A DNA stretch of 13,853 nt from Pseudonocardiales bacterium (GTDB lineage Bacteria > Actinomycetota > Actinomycetes > Mycobacteriales > Jatrophihabitantaceae): contig JAOPWD010000338.1 in the NCBI GenBank assembly GCA_025965875.1, positions 1 through 13,853 of the forward strand. The letters are read 5' to 3'. Numbering within the stretch: the stretch's first letter is position 1; every line of letters begins with the position of its first letter. Below the pieces are notes generated by a model that ran no database searches, had not been told where the DNA came from, and was given only the letters and a program-made list of their open reading frames with translations. Shown here one piece after another: positions 1-7,335 of the stretch. Both the position numbers and the translations under genes were made by a program.

Positions 1-69
1 GGTTGGCTTCACAAAGGAGTCGGTCGAGCCCTCGTTTTGTGCGGCGACCGCGCGGGCGGTGCGCTCCGC

Positions 70-111
70 TGAGCGTCTGGACTTGTATTGAGTAATACGG
101 CGACGGGTTAC
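70..111 (-). promoter_or_regulatory. Copy 4 of the conserved GTAACCC-N7-TATT promoter-like module, oriented leftward (its target gene would start at or beyond the window's left edge)
   Basis: The reverse complement of 70-111 reads GTAACCCgtcgccgTATTACTCAATACAAGTCCAGACGCTC. This nearly matches the site at 7336-7376 (GTAACCCgccgctcTATTAGTCAGTACAAGTCCAGATGCTC) over about 40 nt. Confidence 0.45.
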
Positions 112-179
112 AACATGAGCGCTGAAACAAATCCGGGAGCGTGAACATCGCAGGCAAGGTCACGGCGCTGCGCTCGTGC

Positions 180-193
180 GCGCGATATCGCGC
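180..193. repeat. Perfect 14-bp palindrome GCGCGATATCGCGC just 3' of the anti-sigma gene
   Basis: Checked base by base; the flanking positions 179 and 194 do not pair. There is no U-tract, so it is a weak terminator or protein-site candidate only. Confidence 0.3.
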
Positions 194-259
194 ACAGCGC
201 GCCGCGCTCGACAGACGCGAGCTGGGGTGACCGGAGTGGTCAGCAGGTGGCGGTCGCGG

Positions 260-931
260 TCAGGCGGCGAAGGTCGCGTCGGCGACGGGGGACCCTGTCG
301 GCGTGACGAGCTTGGCGCCCCGCAGATGGCCGACGTCCACGGAGCCGATGCTCTTGGCGAACTGTCCGGTCCCACCCTGGACGGTGAAGGTGCCGAAGGC
401 GACGGTCGAGCCGTCATCGACCTGGAGCATGCACTTGACTTTTCCGTTGTAGTTGGGGACAGCAACGTTCATGAACACCCAGGACGGGCTGCCGCGATAG
501 GCCACGATCTGCCCCAACACCTGGCCGTCGTCGGTCAGGAACGTTCCGGTGCGCAGCGCGTCGGCCTGCGGTACCTGCACGGCGCTGTGCGCCGGCGCCC
601 GGCTGGTCAGTGCCTCGGTAGCCGCAGCCGTTCCACCCACCAGCGCCACGACCGCGGCGGCGGCCAACAGCGCCGTCCGCGCTCTCGGTCGAGTTGCCGC
701 CCGGATCGGCGTCGGCTCCTGCCGTTGCTCTCCCTGCTTGGTCTGCTCGGACAGCTGCCGGAACAGGCCCTCGGTGAACGCGGTGCTCGGCTCGGCCTCA
801 CCCGGTCGGGCTGCTCGTAGGTCGATGGCGGCGCGCAGAATCTCGACGTCCTCGAGGCTGGCCCGGAACCGCTTCGGGCGCCGACCGGTGGCGATGGCGT
901 CGATGAAGGCGGACAGTTTGCGACCGGTCAT
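260..931 (-). CDS. Membrane-spanning anti-sigma factor. It has an N-terminal cytoplasmic sigma-binding region, one TM segment (ALLAAAAVVALVGG) and a C-terminal extracytoplasmic domain of about 115 aa.
   Basis: 223-aa ORF. Its ATG overlaps the stop of the upstream ECF sigma gene (ATGA at 928-931 on the minus strand), the classic sigma/anti-sigma arrangement. Architecture is read from the translation. GGAG lies about 8 nt upstream of the ATG. Confidence 0.75.
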   Translation of the reverse strand: MTGRKLSAFIDAIATGRRPKRFRASLEDVEILRAAIDLRAARPGEAEPSTAFTEGLFRQLSEQTKQGEQRQEPTPIRAATRPRARTALLAAAAVVALVGGTAAATEALTSRAPAHSAVQVPQADALRTGTFLTDDGQVLGQIVAYRGSPSWVFMNVAVPNYNGKVKCMLQVDDGSTVAFGTFTVQGGTGQFAKSIGSVDVGHLRGAKLVTPTGSPVADATFAA

Positions 932-1521
932 AGTTCCAACTCCACGGCGAGGGTCGCTGCCATTCGCAACGCGCGGTGCTGGAGCACTTTAGCGTTGCTG
1001 ACACTGATGTGCATGGCTTGCGCTGCTTCCTTGATCGAGCAGGCCTCCAGAAAACGCAGTTCGAGGATGCGCCGGTACCGCTCAGGGAGTCCACCCAGGA
1101 TCTTGCTCGCTCGGGCCGGCGCGTCGCTGGGCGGTTCGGACCCGGAGGGTTCGCTGAGGTAGCGGAGATCGGTGTCGGGGTCGATCATCGTCACCGGCTG
1201 ACCGAGGCGCCGCCGCCAGTGGGAGGCGAGCACGGTCTTGGCGGTGACCAGCAGGTAGGCCCGCACCTCGCCCTTTGACGATGACAACCGCAACGGCGGC
1301 AACGCCGTGCTGAAAACCTCCGAGGTGAGGTCCTCGGCGTCAGCACGGTTCCCGACGCGGGCGTACATCAGGCGGTACAGCCGGTCGATGTTGTCCCGGT
1401 ACACCGACTCCCAGTCGGTGTACCCGTCGTCGTCAACCATGTGCAGATACGCGACGCGGCCACCGCTCAGCGCGGGTGGTGGCTGGGCGGTTCGTCTCGA
1501 GCATCGCGATGCATTAATCAT
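928..1521 (-). CDS. ECF-type RNA polymerase sigma-70 family factor
   Basis: The translation has a region-2-like segment (DWESVYRDNIDRLYRLMYARVGNRADAEDLTSEVF) and a region-4 HTH (LPERYRRILELRFLEACSIKEAAQAMHISVSNAKVLQHRALRMAA). The start is either ATG 1521, which could be leaderless because it abuts the promoter-like motif, or ATG 1441 (MVDDDGYTDW...). No clear SD at either. Confidence 0.85.
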   Translation of the reverse strand: MINASRCSRRTAQPPPALSGGRVAYLHMVDDDGYTDWESVYRDNIDRLYRLMYARVGNRADAEDLTSEVFSTALPPLRLSSSKGEVRAYLLVTAKTVLASHWRRRLGQPVTMIDPDTDLRYLSEPSGSEPPSDAPARASKILGGLPERYRRILELRFLEACSIKEAAQAMHISVSNAKVLQHRALRMAATLAVELEL

Positions 1522-1549
1522 GTCACCTAGGAATAGGAGGAGGGGTTAC
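1521..1549 (-). promoter_or_regulatory. Copy 2 of the GTAACCC-N7-TATT module, immediately upstream of the ECF sigma gene (candidate autoregulated promoter)
   Basis: The minus strand reads GTAACCCctcctccTATTcctagGTGACATG. GTAACCC is at 1549-1543 and TATT at 1535-1532. The -35-like element and the 7-nt spacing match the copies at 4560 and 7336. Confidence 0.5.
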
Positions 1550-2093
1550 ACCACGGCAGCCGGCGCTGAGTTCCAGTTCGCCTGCGGCTGCGTGTCACCG
1601 GTGCGGGCGGAGCCTGCGCGCATCAGCTCAACGGTGTCGGGTCTTGAGTTCGCGGCGGAGACCGCCTGCGCCCGTCGAGCCGAGGACATCCCGACGATCA
1701 TCGCGACCTGATCGTGATCAGAGTGGCCTCGACAATCAAGGCCAGGGTGCCCACCCAGTCGGAGGCACTGGAAGCAATAGGCGTCGCCGCGGCAGCTGTC
1801 CGGCGGCGCGTCGGCCCGCTCGGGCCGCCACTGGCCATGGCGATGACCATTGCCAGCGAACTACTGCACCCACTGCGCACATGATCAACGCGACCCGCCG
1901 CGGAACAACTCTGCGCTGAATCCATCGACAACGTGATGACGACGGCGACGCCGTGCGCACGAAGGCGTTTGTCACCGCTGGCGAGCCGCGGCCCCATCAT
2001 CACACTGTCGCCGTCGTCGTCACCGTGCCGCCCGATTCGCCCGACCTTCGTCCTCACACTGAACGTCGCCGTCGTCCTCATCCAGCGTGTCGG

Positions 2094-2708
2094 TCAGCAG
2101 TGGCGAGTAGGCCCGATACGCCATCCAAGGTCGGTGCTCTCGGGCTGGGTGGTGACGGCGATTAGCGGTGCGCGCCACAACGATCGTGGCTGGGCGTTGG
2201 CGTCCGAGTCTCCGGTCGCCCGCATGGTGGCCCGTAGCAACCTTGTCGAGATCGCCGCGAGGACGATTGCAATGGGAATCTCGCCGAACAGCGCGGTCAC
2301 GCTGCTCACGAGAAGGTCGCCGCCGCGATGCGCGGTAAGCAGGTCGAACCACGCGTCGCACATCAACAGCACGCTCGTGACCATCGCTGCCGGCAAGGCG
2401 ATTTGGCGCTGCTTCCACAGCGCCCATGCGGTGACCGAGAAGCAGCCGATGAGCACGACATCGAACCCGGTCCAGGTGAGCGTCCACGTGCCGACCACGT
2501 AGCGCTGCGGCAGCGTCGCGGCCAGTCCTACCGTCCACGGAATCATGCTGACGGCACAGGCCAGGAAGAAGAGCACTGTTCGACGGCGAGTAGCGACGCC
2601 GGGTTGGCCGGCTGGCTTTGCTCGCGGTACCGGGGCTGCACCGCGAGAGGGCCGCGACGGTTCGCTGCGGCTCCCTCGCAGCGTTGTGCTTGTGCTGCTC
2701 GCAGCCAT
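2094..2708 (-). CDS. Hypothetical integral membrane protein (about 4 predicted TM helices)
   Basis: ORF with four hydrophobic stretches (VLFFLACAVSMIPWTVGLAA; FDVVLIGCFSVTAWALW; AAMVTSVLLMCDAWFDLL; LFGEIPIAIVLAAISTRLL). GC3 is high from about codon 45 onward, so the true start may be GTG 2576 or ATG 2546 rather than 2708. No family recognised. Confidence 0.55.
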   Translation of the reverse strand: MAASSTSTTLRGSRSEPSRPSRGAAPVPRAKPAGQPGVATRRRTVLFFLACAVSMIPWTVGLAATLPQRYVVGTWTLTWTGFDVVLIGCFSVTAWALWKQRQIALPAAMVTSVLLMCDAWFDLLTAHRGGDLLVSSVTALFGEIPIAIVLAAISTRLLRATMRATGDSDANAQPRSLWRAPLIAVTTQPESTDLGWRIGPTRHC

Positions 2709-2966
2709 CTCGTCTGCCTCTCAGGTGTCCTGTTCGCGGGGGTCAGTAGCCGTAGCTCGTGCCGGGCGTGGTGGTCGCGCACGGTGCATCGATAGATAGG
2801 GCCTCGCGTTACATCGACGATTTAGCAGGCAGGAGTTGGCACGCGGGTAGTTCGTGTATCTCCGTCGCGTATCTGTCCACGACGGCTCACCGGAGTCGCT
2901 GGCGTCCCGGACTTTGGCGGGACGCGCCCCTCGCTCGGCGTCGCCACGCCTCGAAGGAGAAACATC

Positions 2967-3572
2967 ATGACGACGGACACCTCCGCTGTTCGGGCAGCAA
3001 AGCCCGACCAGTCCGCTGTGCCCGTCGGCGACTGGCGCGTCGACCCGGTGCGATCGCACGCATCGTTTACGGCACGCGTCGCCGGCAGGTCTGTTCGGGG
3101 TCGGTTGCCCTTGAGCGGAGCAGCGATCGTGACCGCTTCGGTCGAGGACTCAGCAGCACATCTGACTGCCATGACCAGCGAGGTGAGCACTGGGAATCGC
3201 ATGCTTGACCGGCTGCTCGCCGGTCCTGGCTTCCTAGACGTCGAGGATCACCCGGAGATCAACTTCCGGACGCAGATGCTGGTCTGCGTCCCGACCGGGT
3301 GGAGGGCCATCGGACACCTGCAGGTCAAGGGAACCGACCACCCGATCGTGTGTGAGCTCGACGCCGACCTGCGCCACCCGAAACCAGGAGAGGCTGGGGT
3401 GACGCTCACTGGCCGGTGGGTACTTGACTCGACCTGGATCACCAGCCAACGGATTCCGGCGATGTCCCGCCGCGTCGCCATGAGCTGCTCGGTCGTCCTC
3501 GACCGCGCGATCGAGGTCGCTGACAGCGAACTCGCATCTGCGCATAGATGGCTTTGCCGCAGATGCGACTAG
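2967..3572 (+). CDS. YceI-like family protein (polyisoprenoid-binding beta-barrel)
   Basis: SD GAAGGAG lies 6 nt upstream of the ATG. The translation carries the YceI signature: W.VDP..S...F......G..V.G......A....S..TG....D..L.....FLDVEDHPEI.F. Confidence 0.8.
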   Translation: MTTDTSAVRAAKPDQSAVPVGDWRVDPVRSHASFTARVAGRSVRGRLPLSGAAIVTASVEDSAAHLTAMTSEVSTGNRMLDRLLAGPGFLDVEDHPEINFRTQMLVCVPTGWRAIGHLQVKGTDHPIVCELDADLRHPKPGEAGVTLTGRWVLDSTWITSQRIPAMSRRVAMSCSVVLDRAIEVADSELASAHRWLCRRCD

Positions 3573-3988
3573 GGCATCGCCGAATGCTCGGGGCGGGGGC
3601 CGCTGGCAGTGACCCCTCCGGACAGCGCCCGACGGGCACCGCGACGTCCGATCATCGAACTGAGCCGGCCGAGCAGTCGGACGGAAGACCTGAGGATCCG
3701 GTCATTCGGCGGTGCTGGCGGGCGTTTCACAGTCTGACCCAGCTTGGCTTTCCGCGGCGCTTTCCGATCGTTCAGTTCCCGAACGTCCCGCTCCTGACGG
3801 CCTGGATCGCTGGCTGGGCTCAGCACTTCGTAGCCGCAGCTGGCCGTCCGTACCTGACCTCGGTGGTCTATCTGGCGATGACCGTGTGGGCCTACGAAGA
3901 ACTTGTCCACGGCTCCAACTGGCTCCGTCAGCTGCTCGGCGGTGCGTTCATGATCATCCTTACGGTCCGGGTTGCGTACGCCGTGTGA
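3548..3988 (+). CDS. Possible small membrane protein (start uncertain; only the C-terminal roughly 90 aa shows strong coding bias)
   Basis: High GC3 and hydrophobic segments (LLTAWIAGWAQHFVAAAG; LTSVVYLAMTVWAYEEL; LLGGAFMIILTVRVAYAV) in the 3' half. The N-terminal third has weaker GC3, so the start is probably internal. Confidence 0.35.
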   Translation: MALPQMRLGHRRMLGAGAAGSDPSGQRPTGTATSDHRTEPAEQSDGRPEDPVIRRCWRAFHSLTQLGFPRRFPIVQFPNVPLLTAWIAGWAQHFVAAAGRPYLTSVVYLAMTVWAYEELVHGSNWLRQLLGGAFMIILTVRVAYAV

Positions 3989-4074
3989 GGTCAACAATGA
4001 CGAGTGAGTTCGATCTGTCGCGGCGTGTAGCCATGCCGCGAGCAACGTGTCTTGGACAGTGGTAGCCGTAACTT

Positions 4075-4459
4075 TTCGTGTCCGCTGCCGGCCGTACAAG
4101 CCGCGAGCTTGGCGGCCCGCAGGTGGCCGACGTCGACGGAGCCGATGCTCTGGAGAATTGTCCGGTCCCGCCCTGGACGGTGAAGGTGCGAAGGCAACCG
4201 TCGAGCCGTCGTCGGCCTGAAGCATGCGTTTGACCGGGCCGTTGTAGTTGGGAACGTCAGCGTTCATGAACACCCAGGACGGGTTTCCGCGGTACGCGAC
4301 GATCTGGCCCAGGACCTGACCATCGGCGATTTGGAAGGTTCCGGTGCGCAGCGCGTTGAGGCCGCCTGACGCCCCGTATGACGTACTTCGTCGCACTCCC
4401 GGTCTCCCGGCGCGGGCACGCTGACGGGCACCGCCGCGGTTGACCGCGACTTCCTGCAC
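4075..4459 (-). pseudogene. Decayed paralogous fragment of the anti-sigma factor's C-terminal extracytoplasmic domain (frameshifted)
   Basis: Minus-frame translations show LNALRTGTFQIADGQVLGQIVAYRGNPSWVFMNADVPNYNGPVKRMLQADDGSTVAF (frame A) and SIGSVDVGHLRAAKLAAC (frame B). Both match DALRTGTFLTDDGQVLGQIVAYRGSPSWVFMNVAVPNYNGKVKCMLQVDDGSTVAF...SIGSVDVGHLRGAKLV of the 260-931 gene. The DNA aligns at about 80% to 300-560 with at least two 1-nt deletions (for example cttggcgaa versus ctggagaa). Confidence 0.7.
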
Positions 4460-4548
4460 ACCTCTCGTTCATCGTGATCCCGATCGAAGACGGATGAGAT
4501 CGGCGAGTCATGCAGTGCTGGCGAGCTATCGGCCAAACCAATGCGAGG

Positions 4549-4590
4549 AGTTACGCCGCGTAACCCGCGGCCGTATTAGTCAGCGAACAC
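4549..4590 (+). promoter_or_regulatory. Copy 1 of the GTAACCC-N7-TATTAGTCAG module upstream of the PAP2-like gene, overlapped by a 15-bp palindrome GTTACGCcGCGTAAC (4549-4563)
   Basis: GTAACCC at 4560-4566 and TATTAGTCAG at 4574-4583; the ATG is 80 nt downstream of GTAACC. The palindrome was verified base by base. Confidence 0.5.
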
Positions 4591-4639
4591 CAAGCGAGTT
4601 GCCACCTGTCTCCTATCCACAGCACAGAAAAGAGGACGC

Positions 4640-5953
4640 ATGCGCACAAGGACAAGAGCCCTCACCGGGCTCGCCGCCGCGGTGCTCGTCGGAACCACCG
4701 GAACCGCCTACGCAGCCACTCAGGGCGGCCATCCGTCTCCGGGCAAGGCGACTGGGTCATCGGCCCACGGATCCGGGCAGTCGATCGTCGACTGGAACCG
4801 GGAGCTCATTACTCTGCTCGGTACGCCGGGCCTGCAACCGGCGACGATCCAACCGACCCGAAGTTTCGCGATCCTGCAGGCGGCTGAGTACGACGCTGTG
4901 GTCTCCACGACACACATTGGCCAGCCGTACCTGTTCAAGGTGCCGGCGCCGCGCGACGCGCGAGCGGACGCGGCCGCCGACCAGGCAGCGCACGACGTAT
5001 TGACGGCGCTCTACCCGGCGGCTACGAGCCGCATCGACCAGCAACTCAGCACCGAACTCGCAGCGATCCCAGACAGCCATGGCAAACGCGACGGGCGCCG
5101 TGCCGGCGCGACGGTGGCACAGCTCCTCGTCGACCTACGGGCCTTCGACGGGTCCGCGGCGCCCCCGCCGCCGTTCGTCGCCGGCACCCAGCCGGGCGAC
5201 TACCGGCCGACACCGCCGAACTTCCCGACACCGGTCTTCACCGCCTGGGGCTCGATCACACCGTTCCTGCTCACCAGCGGTTCCCAGTTCCGTCCGACCG
5301 CGCCTGCGCCGGTGAGCAGCCCGACCTACGCCACCGCCCTGAACCAGGTCAAGGCCCTCGGGCAAGACAGCAGCACCGTCCGTACGGCTGATCAGACGAC
5401 GGTGGCCAAATTCTGGGGCTCGGCACCGATCTGGAACACCTGGAACCAGATCGCGCAAACGTTGCTGACTGACCAACACGCCAACCTGCAGCGCGCCGCC
5501 ACTGTGTTCGCGAACCTCGACCTCTCCGTCGCAGACGCGACCATCGCGCTGTACGACGCCAAGTACGTCTACCACGTGTGGCGACCAGTGACCGCGATCC
5601 GGGCCGGAAACAGCGGCTACAACTCGGACATCGCCTTCGACCCCAACGCACCCACCTGGAACCCGTTGGCGGTCACCGCCGCCGATCCTTCCTACCCCGG
5701 CGCACACAGCACGATCAGTGCAGCGGCCGCAACCGTGCTCGTCGCGTCCTTCGGCAAGCACCAACCGATCACGGTGACGTCGGACAAGATGCCCGGTGTG
5801 GTCCGCACCTTCACCAACGTGCAAGCAGCGGCGGTCGAGGCAGGATTTAGCCGCATCCTCGCCGGCCAGCACACCGCCCTCGAGGACCAAGCCGGCCAGC
5901 AGCTCGGCCACCGGGTCGCCACGTTCGCACTGCATGAACTAAACGCGGGTTAG
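4640..5953 (+). CDS. Secreted PAP2-superfamily / vanadium-dependent haloperoxidase-like (acid phosphatase-like) protein
   Basis: SD AAGAGGA. N-terminal signal peptide (MRTRTRALTGLAAAVLVGTTGTAYAA). Three PAP2 motifs are present: K-x6-RP (KYVYHVWRP), a PSGH-equivalent (SYPGAHS) and SR-x5-H (SRILAGQHTALED). The roughly 250-aa N-terminal extension is typical of bacterial V-HPO-like proteins. Confidence 0.85.
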   Translation: MRTRTRALTGLAAAVLVGTTGTAYAATQGGHPSPGKATGSSAHGSGQSIVDWNRELITLLGTPGLQPATIQPTRSFAILQAAEYDAVVSTTHIGQPYLFKVPAPRDARADAAADQAAHDVLTALYPAATSRIDQQLSTELAAIPDSHGKRDGRRAGATVAQLLVDLRAFDGSAAPPPPFVAGTQPGDYRPTPPNFPTPVFTAWGSITPFLLTSGSQFRPTAPAPVSSPTYATALNQVKALGQDSSTVRTADQTTVAKFWGSAPIWNTWNQIAQTLLTDQHANLQRAATVFANLDLSVADATIALYDAKYVYHVWRPVTAIRAGNSGYNSDIAFDPNAPTWNPLAVTAADPSYPGAHSTISAAAATVLVASFGKHQPITVTSDKMPGVVRTFTNVQAAAVEAGFSRILAGQHTALEDQAGQQLGHRVATFALHELNAG

Positions 5954-6035
5954 GCCGACATCGGCTGACCCACTTCCTGAGCGGGTGGGTGGGCCGCTGA
6001 TTCCTAGCAAGCCAACCAATTCACGAGGAGCAACT

Positions 6036-7175
6036 ATGAAATCCGTCACACGCCTGGCGTCCGCGCTTGCAGTAGTCGCCGCCGTCTCCGTCGGCCTGTC
6101 CGCAGCGGCGACACCCGCCTCCGCCAGGCAAGCCATCGCCAAGCGGGTTTACAAGCAGACCAACCTTGTCTCCGACATTCCCGGACTGGCCGCCCACACC
6201 GACCCCAACCTGCGTAACGCGTGGGGCACCTCCACCGGCCCGGGCCTGCCGATCTGGGTTTCCGACAATGCCTCCGGGGTCGCCACGCTCTACGACGGGC
6301 AGGGCAACCCGGAGCCGGGGTCAGGCGCCAAACAGCTTGTGGTCACGATCCCGGCGCCCCCGTCCGCAGGAACTGGAGCTGTCGGCGCACCGGACGGCAC
6401 GGTCTTCAACCCGACGGCCGGTGGCTTCGTTGTGTCGAAGGACGGCGTGTCCGACTCGGCCCGATTCCTGTTCGCTACCGAAGACGGCACGATCGCCGGC
6501 TGGTCGCCGAACGTCGACCCCACCCACGCGGTGCTCGCCGTGGACAGGTCGACCATGACCGATCCCGCCGGGGACGTCGGCGCGTTGTACAAGGGTCTCG
6601 CCCTCGTCAACACCGCAGCGGGCAAGTTCCTCTACGCCACCAACTTCCGGTTCGGCACCGTCGACGTGTTCGACAGCAACTTCGAATTGGTGACCAGTTT
6701 TACCGATCCCACCATCCGTGGCGGCTTCGCGCCCTTCGGCATTCACAACATCGGCGGCGACCTGTACGTCACCTTCGCCAAGCAAGATGCCGCCAAGCAC
6801 GATGACGCCGCGGGACCCGGCCGCGGCTTCGTGGACGTCTTCTCACCTAACGGAGATCTGTTGAAGCGGCTTGCCAGTCGAGGCACACTCAACTCACCCT
6901 GGGCCGTGACGCTCGCGCCGTCCACGTTCGGAGCGTTTGCTGGCGACATCCTTGTCGGCAACTTCGGTGATGGTCGGATCAATGCCTTCAAGCCGACGAC
7001 CGGTCGGTTCCTCGGTCAGCTTCGAAGCTCTCACGGCGCGATCACGATTCCTGGGCTCTGGGGCTTGCGATTCCCGACCGGCTCACTCAACGTCACGCCC
7101 AACGCGCTGTACTTCACCGCAGGGCCCAACGACGAGGCCGATGGGCTGTTAGGAGTCATCACGCCGGCCGCGTGA
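6036..7175 (+). CDS. Secreted beta-propeller protein (NHL/YncE-like repeats), probably TIGR03118 family
   Basis: SD GAGGAG precedes ATG 6036, and the signal peptide is MKSVTRLASALAVVAAVSVGLSAAATPASA. The listed ORF start at 5985 is probably an over-extension. The N-terminal NLVSD...DPNLRNAWG motif and repeated Gly/aromatic blade-like segments are visible. Family assignment is from memory only. Confidence 0.75.
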   Translation: MKSVTRLASALAVVAAVSVGLSAAATPASARQAIAKRVYKQTNLVSDIPGLAAHTDPNLRNAWGTSTGPGLPIWVSDNASGVATLYDGQGNPEPGSGAKQLVVTIPAPPSAGTGAVGAPDGTVFNPTAGGFVVSKDGVSDSARFLFATEDGTIAGWSPNVDPTHAVLAVDRSTMTDPAGDVGALYKGLALVNTAAGKFLYATNFRFGTVDVFDSNFELVTSFTDPTIRGGFAPFGIHNIGGDLYVTFAKQDAAKHDDAAGPGRGFVDVFSPNGDLLKRLASRGTLNSPWAVTLAPSTFGAFAGDILVGNFGDGRINAFKPTTGRFLGQLRSSHGAITIPGLWGLRFPTGSLNVTPNALYFTAGPNDEADGLLGVITPAA

Positions 7176-7188
7176 TCCGGGTCCAGCT

Positions 7189-7232
7189 GAATGTGCAGGG
7201 TGCGGCTGCTCAACGCCGCACTCTGCACATTC
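7189..7232 (+). terminator. Strong stem-loop 14 nt after the stop at 7175 (18-bp stem with one G-U, 8-nt loop); candidate intrinsic terminator without a U-tract
   Basis: GAATGTGCAGGGTGCGGC-tgctcaac-GCCGCACTCTGCACATTC; the pairing was checked position by position. Confidence 0.55.
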
Positions 7233-7335
7233 GTGGCGTCGAATCCCGCGGTCGAGCACTTCTGCCCAGCCCGATCTCAGTGGCGCGATATCGGCTGTCG
7301 CAGCCGGTTCCGGGTCACCCTCGGGACTCGGCCCT

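Noticed and set aside
176-992. Long plus-strand ORFs (176-820, 549-992) overlapping the anti-sigma gene
   Set aside because: They are antisense to an ORF with clear sigma/anti-sigma features. Their Arg/Gly/Pro-rich composition is typical of wrong-frame translation of high-GC DNA.
1536-1544. AGGAGGAGG on the plus strand as an RBS for a small plus-strand gene
   Set aside because: No start codon lies 4-12 nt downstream. It is the complement of the CCTCCTCC spacer inside the minus-strand promoter-like module.
1933-2538. ORFs 1933-2502 (plus strand) and 2020-2538 (minus strand) across the membrane-protein locus
   Set aside because: The first is antisense and the second out of frame relative to the TM-helix-containing ORF 2094-2708. 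Both have low-complexity Arg/Ser-rich composition.
3569-4459. 296-aa minus-strand ORF as a single intact gene
   Set aside because: Only the segment homologous to the anti-sigma C-domain is meaningful, and that homology continues in another frame (3991-4197). The rest is Arg-rich and overlaps the better-supported plus-strand ORF 3548-3988. It is interpreted as a pseudogene fragment plus a spurious extension.
4440-5003. Plus-strand ORF 4440-5003 overlapping the start of the PAP2-like gene in another frame
   Set aside because: Arg/Pro/Ser-rich junk composition, and it runs across the conserved promoter module.
5135-5935. 266-aa minus-strand ORF antisense to the PAP2-like gene
   Set aside because: The plus strand carries the complete PAP2 motif set and a signal peptide. 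The antisense product is Gly/Arg/Asp low-complexity.
6221-6805. Plus-strand ORF 6221-6805 and minus-strand ORFs 6290-6800 inside the beta-propeller gene
   Set aside because: Alternate-frame and antisense artefacts of a high-GC coding region; Arg-rich.
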